From the human T2T-CHM13v2.0 reference genome, Homo sapiens, in assembly GCF_009914755.1 (NCBI RefSeq), contig NC_060934.1: a DNA stretch of 64,000 bases. One strand, given 5' to 3'. The notes below the pieces were generated by a model. That model ran no database searches and was not told the origin of the DNA. It worked only from the letters and a program-made list of their open reading frames with translations. How positions within the stretch are numbered: the first letter of the stretch is position 1; every line of letters begins with the position of its first letter. Of the stretch, positions 40,051-53,500 are shown in pieces. Made by a program: the position numbers and the translations under genes.

Positions 40051-41409
40051 CAGAAACTGCTTTGTCATCTGTGCGTTCAGTTCACAGAGTTTCACCTTTC
40101 TCTTCATAGAGCAGTTTGGAAAGACTCTGTCTGTAAAGTCTGCAAGTGATTAGTTAGACCCCTTTGAGGCCTTCGTTGGAAGCGGGATTTCTCATTTACT
40201 GCTAGACAGAAGAATTCTCAGTAAATCCTTTGTGTTGTGTGTATTCAACTCACAGAGTGGAACCTTCCTTTATTCAGAGCAGTTTTGAAACACTCTTTTT
40301 GTGGAATTTGCAAGTGGAGATTTCAAGCGATTTGACGCCAATCTTAGACATGGAAATATCTTCATATTAAAAGTACACAGAGTCATTCGTAGAAACTAGT
40401 TTGTGATGTGTGCCTTCAACTCACAGAGTTTAACCTTTCTTTTCATAGAGCAGTTGGGAAACACTCTATTTGTAAAGTCTGCAAGTGGATATTTGGACCT
40501 CTTTGAGGCCTTCGTTGGAAACGGGATTTCTTCATATAACGCTAGACAGAAGAATTCTCAGTAACTTCTTTGTGTTGTGTGTATTCAACTCACAGAGTTG
40601 AACCTTTCTTTAGAGGGAGCAGAGGTGAAACACTCTTTTTGTGGAATTTGCTAGTGTAGATTTCAAACGCTTCGAAGACAGTGATAGAAAAGGATATATC
40701 TTCGTATTAAAAGTAGACAAAATCATTCTCAGAAAACTCTTTGTGATGTGTGTGTTCAACTCACAGAGTTTAACCTTTCTTTTCATAGAGCAGTTTGGAA
40801 ACACTCTGTTTGTAAAGCCTGCAAGTGCTTTTTTGGACTTCATTGAGGCCTTCGTTGGAAACGGGATTTCTGCATACAACGCTAGAGAGAAGAATTCTCA
40901 GTAACTTCTTTGTGTTGTGTGTATTCAACTCACAGAGTTGAACGGTTCTTTAGAGAGAACAGAGTTGAAACACTCTGTTTTTGGAATTTGCAAGTGCAGA
41001 TTTCAAGCGATTCTAGGCCTATGGCAGAAAAGGAAATATCTTCGTATAAAAACTACACAGAATCATTCTCAACAACTACTTTGTGATGTGTGCCTTCAAC
41101 TCACAGAGTTTAACCTTTCTTTTCATAGAGCAGTTTGGAAACACTCTGTTTGTAAAGCCTGCAAGTGCTTTTTTGGACTTCATTGAGGCCTTCGTTGGAA
41201 ACGGGATTTCTTCATATAATGCTAGACAGAAGAATTCTCAGTCACTTCTTTGTGTTGTGTGTATTCAAGTCACAGAGTTGAACCTTCCTTTAGACAGAGC
41301 AGTTTTGAAAAATTCTTTCTGTGGAGTTTGCAAGTGGAGATTTCAAGCGATTTGAGGCTAATCTTTGAAATGGAAATATCTTCGTGTAAAAACTACACAG
41401 AATGATTCT
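40051..41409 (+). repeat. Non-canonical 8-mer (1359 bp; M1-M4, M5/M7 hybrid, X, M7, M8)
   Basis: The M5 head (agaaaactctttgtgatgtgtgtgttc, ~40731) continues into the M7 body (ttttcatagagcag..tgtaaagcctgcaagtgc) instead of ttaatcgagc. Confidence 0.88.
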
Positions 41410-44400
41410 CAGAAACTGCTTTGTCATCTGTGCGTTCAGTTCACAGAGTTTCACCTTTCTCTTCATAGAGCAGTTTGGAAAGACTCTGTCTGTAAAGTCT
41501 GCAAGTGATTAGTTAGACCCCTTTGAGGCCTTCGTTGGAAGCGGGATTTCTCATTTACTGCTAGACAGAAGAATTCTCAGTAAATCCTTTGTGTTGTGTG
41601 TATTCAACTGACAGAGTGGAACCTTCCTTTATTCAGAGCAGTTTTGAAAAACACTTTTTGTGGAATTTGCAAGTGGAGATTTCAAGCGATTTGACGGCAA
41701 TCTTAGACATGGAAATATCTTCATATTAAAAGTACACAGAGTCATTCGTAGAAACTAGTTTGTGATGTGTGCCTTCAACTCACAGAGTTTAACCTTTCTT
41801 TTCATAGAGCAGTTTGGAAACACTCTATTTGTAAAGTCTGCAAGTGGATATTTGGACCTCTTTGAGGCCTTCGTTGGAAACGGGATTTCTTCATACAACG
41901 CTAGACAGAAGAATTCTCAGTAATTCTTTGTGTTGTGTGTATTCAACTCACAGAGTTGAACCTTTCTTTAGAGAGAGCAGAGTTGAAACACTCTGTTTTT
42001 GGAATTTGCAAGTGCAGATTTCAAGCGATTCTAGGCCTACGGCAGAAAAGGAAATATCTTCGTATAAAAACTACACAGAATCATTCTCAACAACTACTTT
42101 GTGATGTGTGCGTTCAACTCACAGAGTTTAACCTTTCTTTTCATAGAGCAGTTTGGAAACACTCTGTTTGTAAAGCCTGCAAGTGCTTTTTTGGACTTCA
42201 TTGAGGCCTTCGTTGGAAACGGGATTTCTTCATATAATGCTAGACAGAAGAATTCTCAGTCACTTCTTTGTGTTGTGTGTATTCAAGTCACAGAATTGAA
42301 CCTTCCTTTAGACAGAGCAGTTTTGAAAAATTCTTTCTGTGTAATTTGCAAGTGGAGATTTCAAGCGATTTGAGGCTAATCTTTGAAATGGAAATATCTT
42401 CGTGTAAAAACTACACAAAATCATTCTCAGAAACTGCTTTGTCATCTGTGCGTTCAGTTCACAGAGTTTCACCTTTCTCTTCATAGAGCAGTTTGGAAAG
42501 ACTCTGTCTGTAAAGTCTGCAAGTGATTAGTTAGAACCCTTTGAGGCCTTCGTTGGAAGCGGGATTTCTCATTTACTGCTAGACAGAAGAATTCTCAGTA
42601 AATCCTTTGTGTTGTGTGTATTCAACTCACAGAGTGGAACCTTCCTTTATTCAGAGCAGTTTTGAAACACTCTTTTTGTGGAATTTGCAAGTGGAGATTT
42701 CAAGCGATTTGACGCCAATCTTAGACATGGAAATATCTTCATATTAAAAGTACACAGAGTCATTCGTAGAAACTAGTTTGTGATGTGTGCCTTCAACTCA
42801 CAGAGTTTAACCTTTCTTTTCATAGAGCAGTTGGGAAACACTCTATTTGTAAAGTCTGCAAGTGGATATTTGGACCTCTTTGAGGCCTTCGTTGGAAACG
42901 GGATTTCTTCATATAACGCTAGACAGAAGAATTCTCAGTAACTTCTTTGTGTTGTGTGTATTCAACTCACAGAGTTGAACCTTTCTTTAGAGGGGGCAGA
43001 GGTGAAACACTCTTTTTGTGGAATTTGCTAGTGTAGATTTCAAACGCTTCGAAGACAGTGATAGAAAAGGATATATCTTCGTATTAAAAGTAGACAAAAT
43101 CATTCTCAGAAAACTCTTTGTGATGTGTGTGTTCAACTCACAGAGTTTAACCTTTCTTTAATCGAGCAGTTTGGAAATACACTCTTTGTAAGTCTGCAGG
43201 TGGATATTTGGCCCTCTTTGAGCCCTTCGTTGGAAACGGGATTTCCTCATATAATGCTAGACAGAAGAATTCTCAGTAACTTCTTTGTGTTGTTTGTATT
43301 CAACACACAGATTTGAACCTTCCTTTAGAGAGAGCAGATTTGAAACACTCTGTTTTTGGAATTTGCAAGTGCAGATTTCAAGCGCTTCTAGGCCTATGGC
43401 AGAAAAGGAAATATCTTCGTATAAAAACTACACAGAATCATTCTCAACAACTACTTTGTGATGTGTGCGTTCAACTCACAGAGGTTAACCTTTCTTTTCA
43501 TAGAGCAGTTTGGAAACACTCTGTTTGTAAAGCCTGCAAGTGCTTTTTTGGACTTCAATGAGGCCTTCGTTGGAAACGGGATTTCTTCATACAACGCTAG
43601 ACAGAAGAATTCTCAGTAACTTCTTTGTGTTGTGTGTATTCAACTCACAGAGTTGAACCTTTCTTTAGAGAGAACAGAGTTGAAACACTCTGTTTTTGGA
43701 ATTTGCAAGTGCAGATTTCAAGCGATTCTAGGCCTATGGCAGAAAAGGAAATATCTTCGTATAAAAACTACACAGAATCATTCTCAACAACTACTTTGTG
43801 ATGTGTGCGTTCAACTCACAAAGTTTAACCTTTCTTTTCATAGAGCAGTTTGGAAACACCCTGTTTGTAATGCCTGCAAGTGCTTTTTTGGACTTCATTG
43901 AGGCCTTCGTTGGAAACGGGATTTCTTCATATAATGCTAGACAGAAGAATTCTCAGTCACTTCTTTGTGTTGTGTGTATTCAAGTCACAGAGTTGAACCT
44001 TCCCTTAGACAGAGCAGTTTTGAAAAATTCTTTCTGTGGAATTTGCAAGTGGAGATTTCAAGCGATTTGAGGCTAATCTTTGAAATGGAAATATCTTCGT
44101 GTAAAAACTACACAGAATCATTCTCAGAAACTGCTTTGTCTTCTGGGCGTTCAGTTCACAGAGTTTCACCTTTCTCTTCATAGAGCAGTTTGGAAAGACT
44201 CTGTCTGTAAAGTCTGCAAGTGATTAGTTAGACCCCTTTGAGGCCTTCGTTGGAAGCGGGATTTCTCATTTACTGCTAGACAGAAGAATTCTCAGTAAAT
44301 CCTTTGTGTTGTGTGTATTCAACTCACAGAGTGGAACCTTCCTTTATTCAGAGCAGTTTTGAAACACTCTTTTTGTGGAATTTGCAAGTGGAGATTTCAA

Positions 44401-45481
44401 GCGATTTGACGCCAATCTTAGACATGGAAATATCTTCATATTAAAAGTACACAGAATCATTCGTAGAAACTAGTTTGTGATGTGTGCCTTCAACTCACAG
44501 AGTTTAACCTTTCTTTTCATAGAGCAGTTCGGAAACATTCTATTTGTAAAGTCTGCAAGTGGATATTTGGACCTCTTTGAGGCCTTCGTTGGAAAAGGGA
44601 TTTCTTCATATAACGCTAGACAGAAGAATTCTCAGTAACTTCTTTGTGTTGTGTGTATTCAACTCACAGAGTTGAACCTTTCTTTAGAGAGAGCAGAGTT
44701 GAAACACTCTTTTTGTGGAATTTGCTAGTGCAGATTTCAAACGCTTCGAAGACAGTGATAGAAAAGGATATATCTTCGTATTAAAAGTAGACAAAATCAT
44801 TCTCAGAAAACACTTTGTGATGTGTGTGTTCAACTCACAGAGTTTAACCTTTCTTTAATCGAGCAGTTTGGAAATACACTCTTTGTAAGTCTGCAGGTGG
44901 ATAATTGGCCCTCTTTGAGCCCTTCATTGGAAACGGGATTTCCTCATATAATGCTAGACAGAAGAATTCTCAGTAACTTCTTTGTGTTGTTTGTATTCAA
45001 CTCACAGATTTGAACCTTCCTTTAGAGAGAGCAGATTTGAAACACTCTGTTTTTGGAATTTGCAAGGGCAGATTTCAAGCGCTTCTAGGCCTATGGCAGA
45101 AAAGGAAATATCTTCGTATAAAAACTACACAGAATCATTCTCAACAACTACTTTGTGATGTGTGCGTTCAACTCACAGAGTTTAACCTTTCTTTTCATAG
45201 AGCAGTTTGGAAACACTCTGTTTGTAAAGCCTGCAAGTGCTTTTTTGGACTTCATTGAGGCCTTCGTTGGAAACGGGATTTCTTCATATAATGCTAGACA
45301 GAAGAATTCTCAGTCACTTCTTTGTGTTGTGTGTATTCAAGTCACAGAGTTGAACCTTCCTTTAGACAGAGCAGTTTTGAAAAATTCTTTCTGTGGAATT
45401 TGCAAGTGGAGATTTCAAGCGATTTGTGGCTAATCTTTGAAATGGAAATATCTTCGTGTAAAAACTACACAGAATCATTCT

Positions 45482-47518
45482 CAGAAACTGCTTTATCATC
45501 TGTGCGTTCAGTTCACAGAGTTTCACCTTTCTCTTCATAGAGCAGTTTGGAAAGACTCTGTCTGTAAAGTCTGCAAGTGATTAGTTAGACCCCTTTGAGG
45601 CCTTCGTTGGAAGCGGGATTTCTCATTTACTGCTAGACAGAAGAATTCTCAGTAAATCCTTTGTGTTGTGTGTATTCAACTCACAGAGTGGAACCTTCCT
45701 TTATTCAGAGCAGTTTTGAAACACTCTTTTTGTGGAATTTGCAAGTGGAGATTTCAAGCGATTTGACGCCAATCTTAGACATGGAAATATCTTCATATTA
45801 AAAGTACACAGAGTCATTCGTAGAAACTAGTTTGTGATGTGTGTCTTCAACTCACAGAGTTTAACCTTTCTTTTCATAGAGCAGTTGGGAAACACTCTAT
45901 TTGTAAAGTCTGCAAGTGGATATTTGGACCTCTTTGAGGCCTTCGTTGGAAACAGGATTTCTTCATACAACGCTAGACAGAAGAATTCTCAGTAACTTCT
46001 TTGTGTTGAGTGTATTCAACTCACAGAGTTGAACCTTTCTTTAGAGGGAGCAGAGGTGAAACACTCTTTTTGTGGAATTTGCTAGTGTAGATTTCAAACG
46101 CTTCGAAGACAGTGATAGAAAAGGGTATATCTTCGTATTAAAAGTAGACAAAATCATTCTCAGAAAACTCTTTGTGATGTGTGTGTTCAACTCACAGAGT
46201 TTAACCTTTCTTTAATCGAGCAGTTTGGAAATACACTCTTTGTAAGTCTGCAGGTGGATATTTGGCCCTCTTTGAGCCCTTCGTTGGAAACGGGATTTCC
46301 TCATATAATGCTAGACTGAAGAATTCTCAGTAACTTCTTTGTGTTGTTTGTATTCAACACACAGATTTGAACCTTCCTTTAGAGAGAGCAGATTTGAAAC
46401 ACTCTGTTTTTGGAATTTGCAAGTGCAGATTTCAAGCGCTTCTAGGCCTATGGCAGAAAAGGAAATATCTTCGTATAAAAACTACACAGAATCATTCTCA
46501 ACAACTACTTTGTGATGTGTGCGTTCAACTCACAGAGGTTAACCTTTCTTTTCATAGAGCAGTTTGGAAACACTCTGTTTGTAAAGCCTGCAAGTGCTTT
46601 TTTGGACTTCATTGAGGCCTTCGTTGGAAACGGGATTTCTTCATACAACGCTAGACAGAAGAATTCTCAGTAACTTCTTTGTGTTGTGTGTATTCAACTC
46701 ACAGAGTTGAACCATTCTTTAGAGAGAACAGAGTTGAAACACTCTGTTTTTGGAATTTGCAAGTGCAGATTTCAAGCGATTCTAGGCCTATGGCAGAAAA
46801 GGAAATATCTTCGTATAAAAACTACACAGAATCATTCTCAACAACTACTTTGTGATGTGTGCGTTCAACTCACAGAGGTTAACCTTTCTTTTCATAGAGC
46901 AGTTTGGAAACACTCTGTTTGTAAAGCCTGCAAGTGCTTTTTTTGACTTCATTGAGGCCTTCGTTGGAAACGGGATTTCTTCATACAACGCTAGACAGAA
47001 GAATTCTCAGTAACTTCTTTGTGTTGTGTGTATTCAACTCACAGAGTTGAACCTTTCTTTAGAGAGAACAGAGTTGAAACACTCTGTTTTTGGAATTTGC
47101 AAGTGCAGATTTCAAGCGATTCTAGGCCTATGGCAGAAAAGGAAATATCTTCGTATAAAAACTACACAGAATCATTCTCAACAACTACTTTGTGATGTGT
47201 GCGTTCAACTCACAGAGTTTAACCTTTCTTTTCATAGAGCAGTTTGGAAACACTCTGTTTGTAAAGCCTGCAAGTGCTTTTTTGGACTTCATTGAGGCCT
47301 TCGTTGGAAACGGGATTTCTTCATATAATGCTAGACAGAAGAATTCTCAGTCACTTCTTTGTGTTGTGTGTATTCAAGTCACAGAGTTGAACCTTCCCTT
47401 AGATAGAGCAGTTTTGAAAAATTCTTTCTGTGTAATTTGCAAGTGGAGATTTCAAGCGATTTGAGGCTAATCTTTGAAATGGAAATATCTTCGTGTAAAA
47501 ACTACACAGAATCATTCT
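45482..47518 (+). repeat. 12-mer HOR variant, duplicate of unit 1-2037
   Basis: Same structure and the same private variants (ctttatcatc, gtgtcttcaa, aaacagga, agggtatatc, agactgaag, ttttttgactt, cccttagatag). Confidence 0.92.
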
Positions 47519-50500
47519 CAGAAACTGCTTTGTCATCTGTGCGTTCAGTTCACAGAGTTTCACCTTTCTCTTCATAGAGCAGTTTGGAAAGACTCTGTCT
47601 GTAAATTCTGCAAGTGATTAGTTAGACCCCTTTGAGGACTTCGTTGGAAGCGGGATTTCTCATTTACTGCTAGACAGAAGAATTCTCAGTAAATCCTTTG
47701 TGTTGTGTGTATTCAACTCACAGAGTGGAACCTTCCTTTATTCAGAGCAGTTTTGAAACACTCTTTTTGTGGAATTTGCAAGTGGAGATTTCAAGCGATT
47801 TGACGCCAATCTTAGACATGGAAATATCTTCATATTAAAAGTACACAGAATCATTCGTAGAAACTAGTTTGTGATGTGTGCCTTCAACTCACAGAGTTTA
47901 ACCTTTCTTTTCATAGAGCAGTTCGGAAACATTCTATTTGTAAAGTCTGCAAGTGGATATTTGGACCTCTTTGAGGCCTTCGTTGGAAAAGGGATTTCTT
48001 CATATAACGCTAGACAGAAGAATTCTCAGTAACTTCTTTGTGTTGTGTGTATTCAACTCACAGAGTTGAACCTTTCTTTAGAGAGAGCAGAGTTGAAACA
48101 CTCTTTTTGTGGAATTTGCTAGTGCAGATTTCAAACGCTTCGAAGACAGTGATAGAAAAGGATATATCTTCGTATTAAAACTAGACAAAATCATTCTCAG
48201 AAAACACTTTGTGATGTGTGTGTTCAACTCACAGAGTTTAACCTTTCTTTAATCGAGCAGTTTGGAAATACACTCTTTGTAAGTCTGCAGGTGGATAATT
48301 GGCCCTCTTTGAGCCCTTCATTGGAAACGGGATTTCCTCATATAATGCTAGACAGAAGAATTCTCAGTAACTTCTGTGTGTTGTTTGTATTCAACTCACA
48401 GATTTGAACCTTCCTTTAGAGAGAGCAGATTTGAAACACTCTGTTTTTGGAATTTGCAAGTGCAGATTTCAAGCGCTTCTAGGCCTATGGCAGAAAAGGA
48501 AATATCTTCGTATAAAAACTACACAGAATCATTCTCAACAACTACTTTGTGATGTGTGCGTTCAACTCACAGAGTTTAACCTTTCTTTTCATAGAGCAGT
48601 TTGGAAACACTCTGTTTGTAAAGCCTGCAAGTGCTTTTTTGGACTTCATTGAGGCCTTCGTTGGAAACGGGATTTCTTCATACAACGCTAGACAGAAGAA
48701 TTCTCAGTCACTTCTTTGTGTTGTGTGTATTCAACTCACAGAGTTGAACCTTTCTTTAGAGAGAGCAGAGTTGAAACACTCTGTTTTTGGAATTTGCAAG
48801 TGCAGATTTCAAGCGATTCTAGGCCTATGGCAGAAAAGGAAATATCTTCGTATAAAAACTACACAGAATCATTCTCAACAACTACTTTGTGATGTGTGCC
48901 TTCAACTCACAGAGTTTAACCTTTCTTTTCATAGAGCAGTTTGGAAACACTCTGTTTGTAAAGCCTGCAAGTGCTTTTTTGGACTTCATTGAGGCCTTCG
49001 TTGGAAACGGGATTTCTTCATATAATGCTAGACAGAAGAATTCTCAGTCACTTCTTTGTGTTGTGTGTATTCAAGTCACAGAGTTGAACCTTCCTTTAGA
49101 CAGAGCAGTTTTGAAAAATTCTTTCTGTGGAGTTTGCAAGTGGAGATTTCAAGCGATTTGAGGCTAATCTTTGAAATGGAAATATCTTCGTGTAAAAACT
49201 ACACAGAATCATTCTCAGAAACTGCTTTGTCATCTGTGCGTTCAGTTCACAGAGTTTCACCTTTCTCTTCATAGAGCAGTTTGGAAAGACTCTGTCTGTA
49301 AAGTCTGCAAGTGATTAGTTAGACCCCTTTGAGGCCTTCGTTGGAAGCGGGATTTCTCATTTACTGCTAGACAGAAGAATTCTCAGTAAATCCTTTGTGT
49401 TGTGTGTATTCAACTCACAGAGTGGAACCTTCCTTTATTCAGAGCAGTTTTGAAAAACACTTTTTGTGGAATTTGCAAGTGGAGATTTCAAGCGATTTGA
49501 CGCCAATCTTAGACATGGAAATATCTTCATATTAAAAGTACACAGAGTCATTCGTAGAAACTAGTTTGTGATGTGTGCCTTCAACTCACAGAGTTTAACC
49601 TTTCTTTTCATAGAGCAGTTTGGAAACACTCTATTTGTAAAGTCTGCAAGTGGATATTTGGACCTCTTTGAGGCCTTCGTTGGAAACGGGATTTCTTCAT
49701 ATAATGCTAGACAGAAGAATTCTCAGTAACTTCTTTGTGTTGTGTGTATTCAACTCACAGAGTTGAACCTTTCTTTAGAGGGAGCAGAGGTGAAACACTC
49801 TTTTTGTGGAATTTGCTAGTGTAGATTTCAAACGCTTCGAAGACAGTGATAGAAAAGGATATATCTTCGTATTAAAAGTAGACAAAATCATTCTCAGAAA
49901 ACTCTTTGTGATGTGTGTGTTCAACTCACAGAGTTTAACCTTTCTTTAATCGAGCAGTTTGGAAATACACTCTTTGTAAGTCTGCAGGTGGATATTTGGC
50001 CCTCTTTGAGCCCTTTGTTGGAAACGGGATTTCCTCATATAATGCTAGACAGAAGAATTCTCAGTAACTTCTTTGTGTTGTTTGTATTCAACACACAGAT
50101 TTGAACCTTCCTTTAGAGAGAGCAGATTTGAAACACTCTGTTTTTGGAATTTGCAAGTGCAGATTTCAAGCGCTTCTAGGCCTATGGCAGAAAAGGAAAT
50201 ATCTTCGTATAAAAACTACACAGAATCATTCTCAACAACTACTTTGTGATGTGTGCGTTCAACTCACAGAGGTTAACCTTTCTTTTCATAGAGCAGTTTG
50301 GAAACACTCTGTTTGTAAAGCCTGCAAGTGCTTTTTTGGACTTCATTGAGGCCTTCGTTGGAAACGGGATTTCTTCATATAATGCTAGACAGAAGAATTC
50401 TCAGTCACTTCTTTGTGTTGTGTGTATTCAAGTCACAGAGTTGAACCTTCCTTTAGACAGAGCAGTTTTGAAAAATTCTTTCTGTGGAGTTTGCAAGTGG

Positions 50501-53500
50501 AGATTTCAAGCGATTTGAGGCTAATCTTTGAAATGGAAATATCTTCGTGGAAAAACTACACAGAATCATTCTCAGAAACTGCTTTGTCATCTGTGCGTTC
50601 AGTTCACAGAGTTTCACCTTTCTCTTCATAGAGCAGTTTGGAAAGACTCTGTCTGTAAAGTCTGCAAGTGATTAGTTAGACCCCTTTGAGGCCTTCGTTG
50701 GAAGCGGGATTTCTCATTTACTGCTAGACAGAAGAATTCTCAGTAAATCCTTTGTGTTGTGTGTATTCAACTCACAGAGTGGAACCTTCCTTTATTCAGA
50801 GCAGTTTTGAAACACTCTTTTTGTGGAATTTGCAAGTGGAGATTTCAAGCGATTTGACGCCAATCTTAGACATGGAAATATCTTCATATTAAAAGTACAC
50901 AGAGTCATTCGTAGAAACTAGTTTGTGATGTGTGCCTTCAACTCACAGAGTTTAACCTTTCTTTTCATAGAGCAGTTGGGAAACACTCTATTTGTAAAGT
51001 CTGCAAGTGGATATTTGGACCTCTTTGAGGCCTTCGTTGGAAACGGGATTTCTTCATATAACGCTAGACAGAAGAATTCTCAGTAACTTCTTAGTGTTGT
51101 GTGTATTCAACTCACAGAGTTGAACCTTTCTTTAGAGGGAGCAGAGGTGAAACACTCTTTTTGTGGAATTTGCTAGTGTAGATTTCAAACGCTTCGAAGA
51201 CAGTGATAGAAAAGGATATATCTTCGTATTAAAAGTAGACAAAATCATTCTCAGAAAACTCTTTGTGATGTGTGTGTTCAACTCACAGAGTTTAACCTTT
51301 CTTTAATCGAGCAGTTTGGAAATACACTCTTTGTAAGTCTGCAGGTGGATATTTGGCCCTCTTTGAGCCCTTCATTGGAAACGGGATTTCCTCATATAAT
51401 GCTAGACAGAAGAATTCTCAGTAACTTCTTTGTGTTGTTTGTATTCAACACACAGATTTGAACCTTCCTTTAGAGAGAGCAGATTTGAAACACTCTGTTT
51501 TTGGAATTTGCAAGTGCAGATTTCAAGCGCTTCTAGGCCTATGGCAGAAAAGGAAATATCTTCGTATAAAAACTACACAGAATCATTCTCAACAACTACT
51601 TTGTGATGTGTGCGTTCAACTCACAGAGGTTAACCTTTCTTTTCATAGAGCAGTTTGGAAACACTCTGTTTGTAAAGCCTGCAAGTGCTTTTTTGGACTT
51701 CATTGAGGCCTTCGTTGGAAACGGGATTTCTTCATACAACGCTAGACAGAAGAATTCTCAGTAACTTCTTTGTGTTGTGTGTATTCAACTCACAGAGTTG
51801 AACCTTTCTTTAGAGAGAACAGAGTTGAAACACTCTGTTTTTGGAATTTGCAAGTGCAGATTTCAAGCGATTCTAGGCCTATGGCAGAAAAGGAAATATC
51901 TTCGTATAAAAACTACACAGAATCATTCTCAACAACTACTTTGTGATGTGTGCGTTCAACTCACAGAGTTTAACCTTTCTTTTCATAGAGCAGTTTGGAA
52001 ACACTCTGTTTGTAAAGCCTGCAAGTGCTTTTTTGGACTTCATTGAGGCCTTCGTTGGAAACGGGATTTCTTCATATAATGCTAGACAGAAGAATTCTCA
52101 GTCACTTCTTTGTGTTGTGTGTATTCAAGTCACAGAGTTGAACCTTCCTTTAGACAGAGCAGTTTTGAAAAATTCTTTCTGTGGAATTTGCAAGTGGAGA
52201 TTTCAAGCGATTTGAGGCTAATCTTTGAAATGGAAATATCTTCGTGTAAAAACTACACAGAATCATTCTCAGAAACTGCTTTGTCATCTGTGCGTTCAGT
52301 TCACAGAGTTTCACCTTTCTCTTCATAGAGCAGTTTGGAAAGACTCTGTCTGTAAAGTCTGCAAGTGATTAGTTAGACCCCTTTCAGGCCTTCTTTGGAA
52401 GCGGGATTTCTCATTTACTGCTAGACAGAAGAATTCTCAGTAAATCCTTTGTGTTGTGTGTATTCAACTCACAGAGTGGAACCTTCCTTTATTCAGAGCA
52501 GTTTTGAAAAACACTTTTTGTGGAATTTGCAAGTGGAGATTTCAGGCGATTTGACGCCAATCTTAGACATGGAAATATCTTCATATTAAAAGTACACAGA
52601 GTCATTCGTAGAAACTAGTTTGTGATGTGTGCCTTCAACTCACAGAGTTTAACCTTTCTTTTCATAGAGCAGTTCGGAAACACTCTATTTGTAAAGTCTG
52701 CAAGTGGATATTTGGACCTCTTTGAGGCCTTCGTTGGAAACGGGATTTCTTCATATAACGCTAGACAGAAGAATTCTCAGTAACTTCTTTGTGTTGTGTG
52801 TATTCAACTCACAGAGTTGAACCTTTCTTTAGAGGGAGCAGAGGTGAAACAGTCTTTTTGTGGAATTTGCTAGTGTAGTTTTCAAACGCTTCGAAGTCAG
52901 TGATAGAAAAGGATATATCTTCGTATTAAAAGTAGACAAAATCATTCTCAGAAAACTCTTTGTGATGTGTGTGTTCAACTCACAGAGTTTAACCTTTCTT
53001 TAATCGAGCAGTTTGGAAATACACTCTTTGTAAGTCTGCAGGTGGATATTTGGCCCTGTTTGAGCCCTTCTTTGGAAACGGGATTTCCTCTTATAATGCT
53101 AGACAGAAGAATTCTCAGTAACTTCTCTGTGTTGTTTGTATTCAACACACAGATTTGAACCTTCCTTTAGAGAGAGCAGATTTGAAACACTCTGTTTTTG
53201 GAATTTGCAAGTGCAGATTTCAAGCGCTTCTAGGCCTATGGCAGAAAAGGAAATATCTTCGTATAAAAACTACACAGAATCATTCTCAACAACTACTTTG
53301 TGATGTGTGCGTTCAACTCACAGAGTTTAACCTTTCTTTTCATAGAGCAGTTTGGAAACACTCTGTTTGTAAAGCCTGCAAGTGCTTTTTTGGACTTCAT
53401 TGAGGCCTTCGTTGGAAACGGGATTTCTTCATACAACGCTAGACAGAAGAATTCTCAGTAACTTCTTTGTGTTGTGTGTATTCAACTCACAGAGTTGAAC

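Noticed and set aside
17675-40879. Three minus-strand ORFs
   Set aside because: Chance loss of stop codons in variant monomers.
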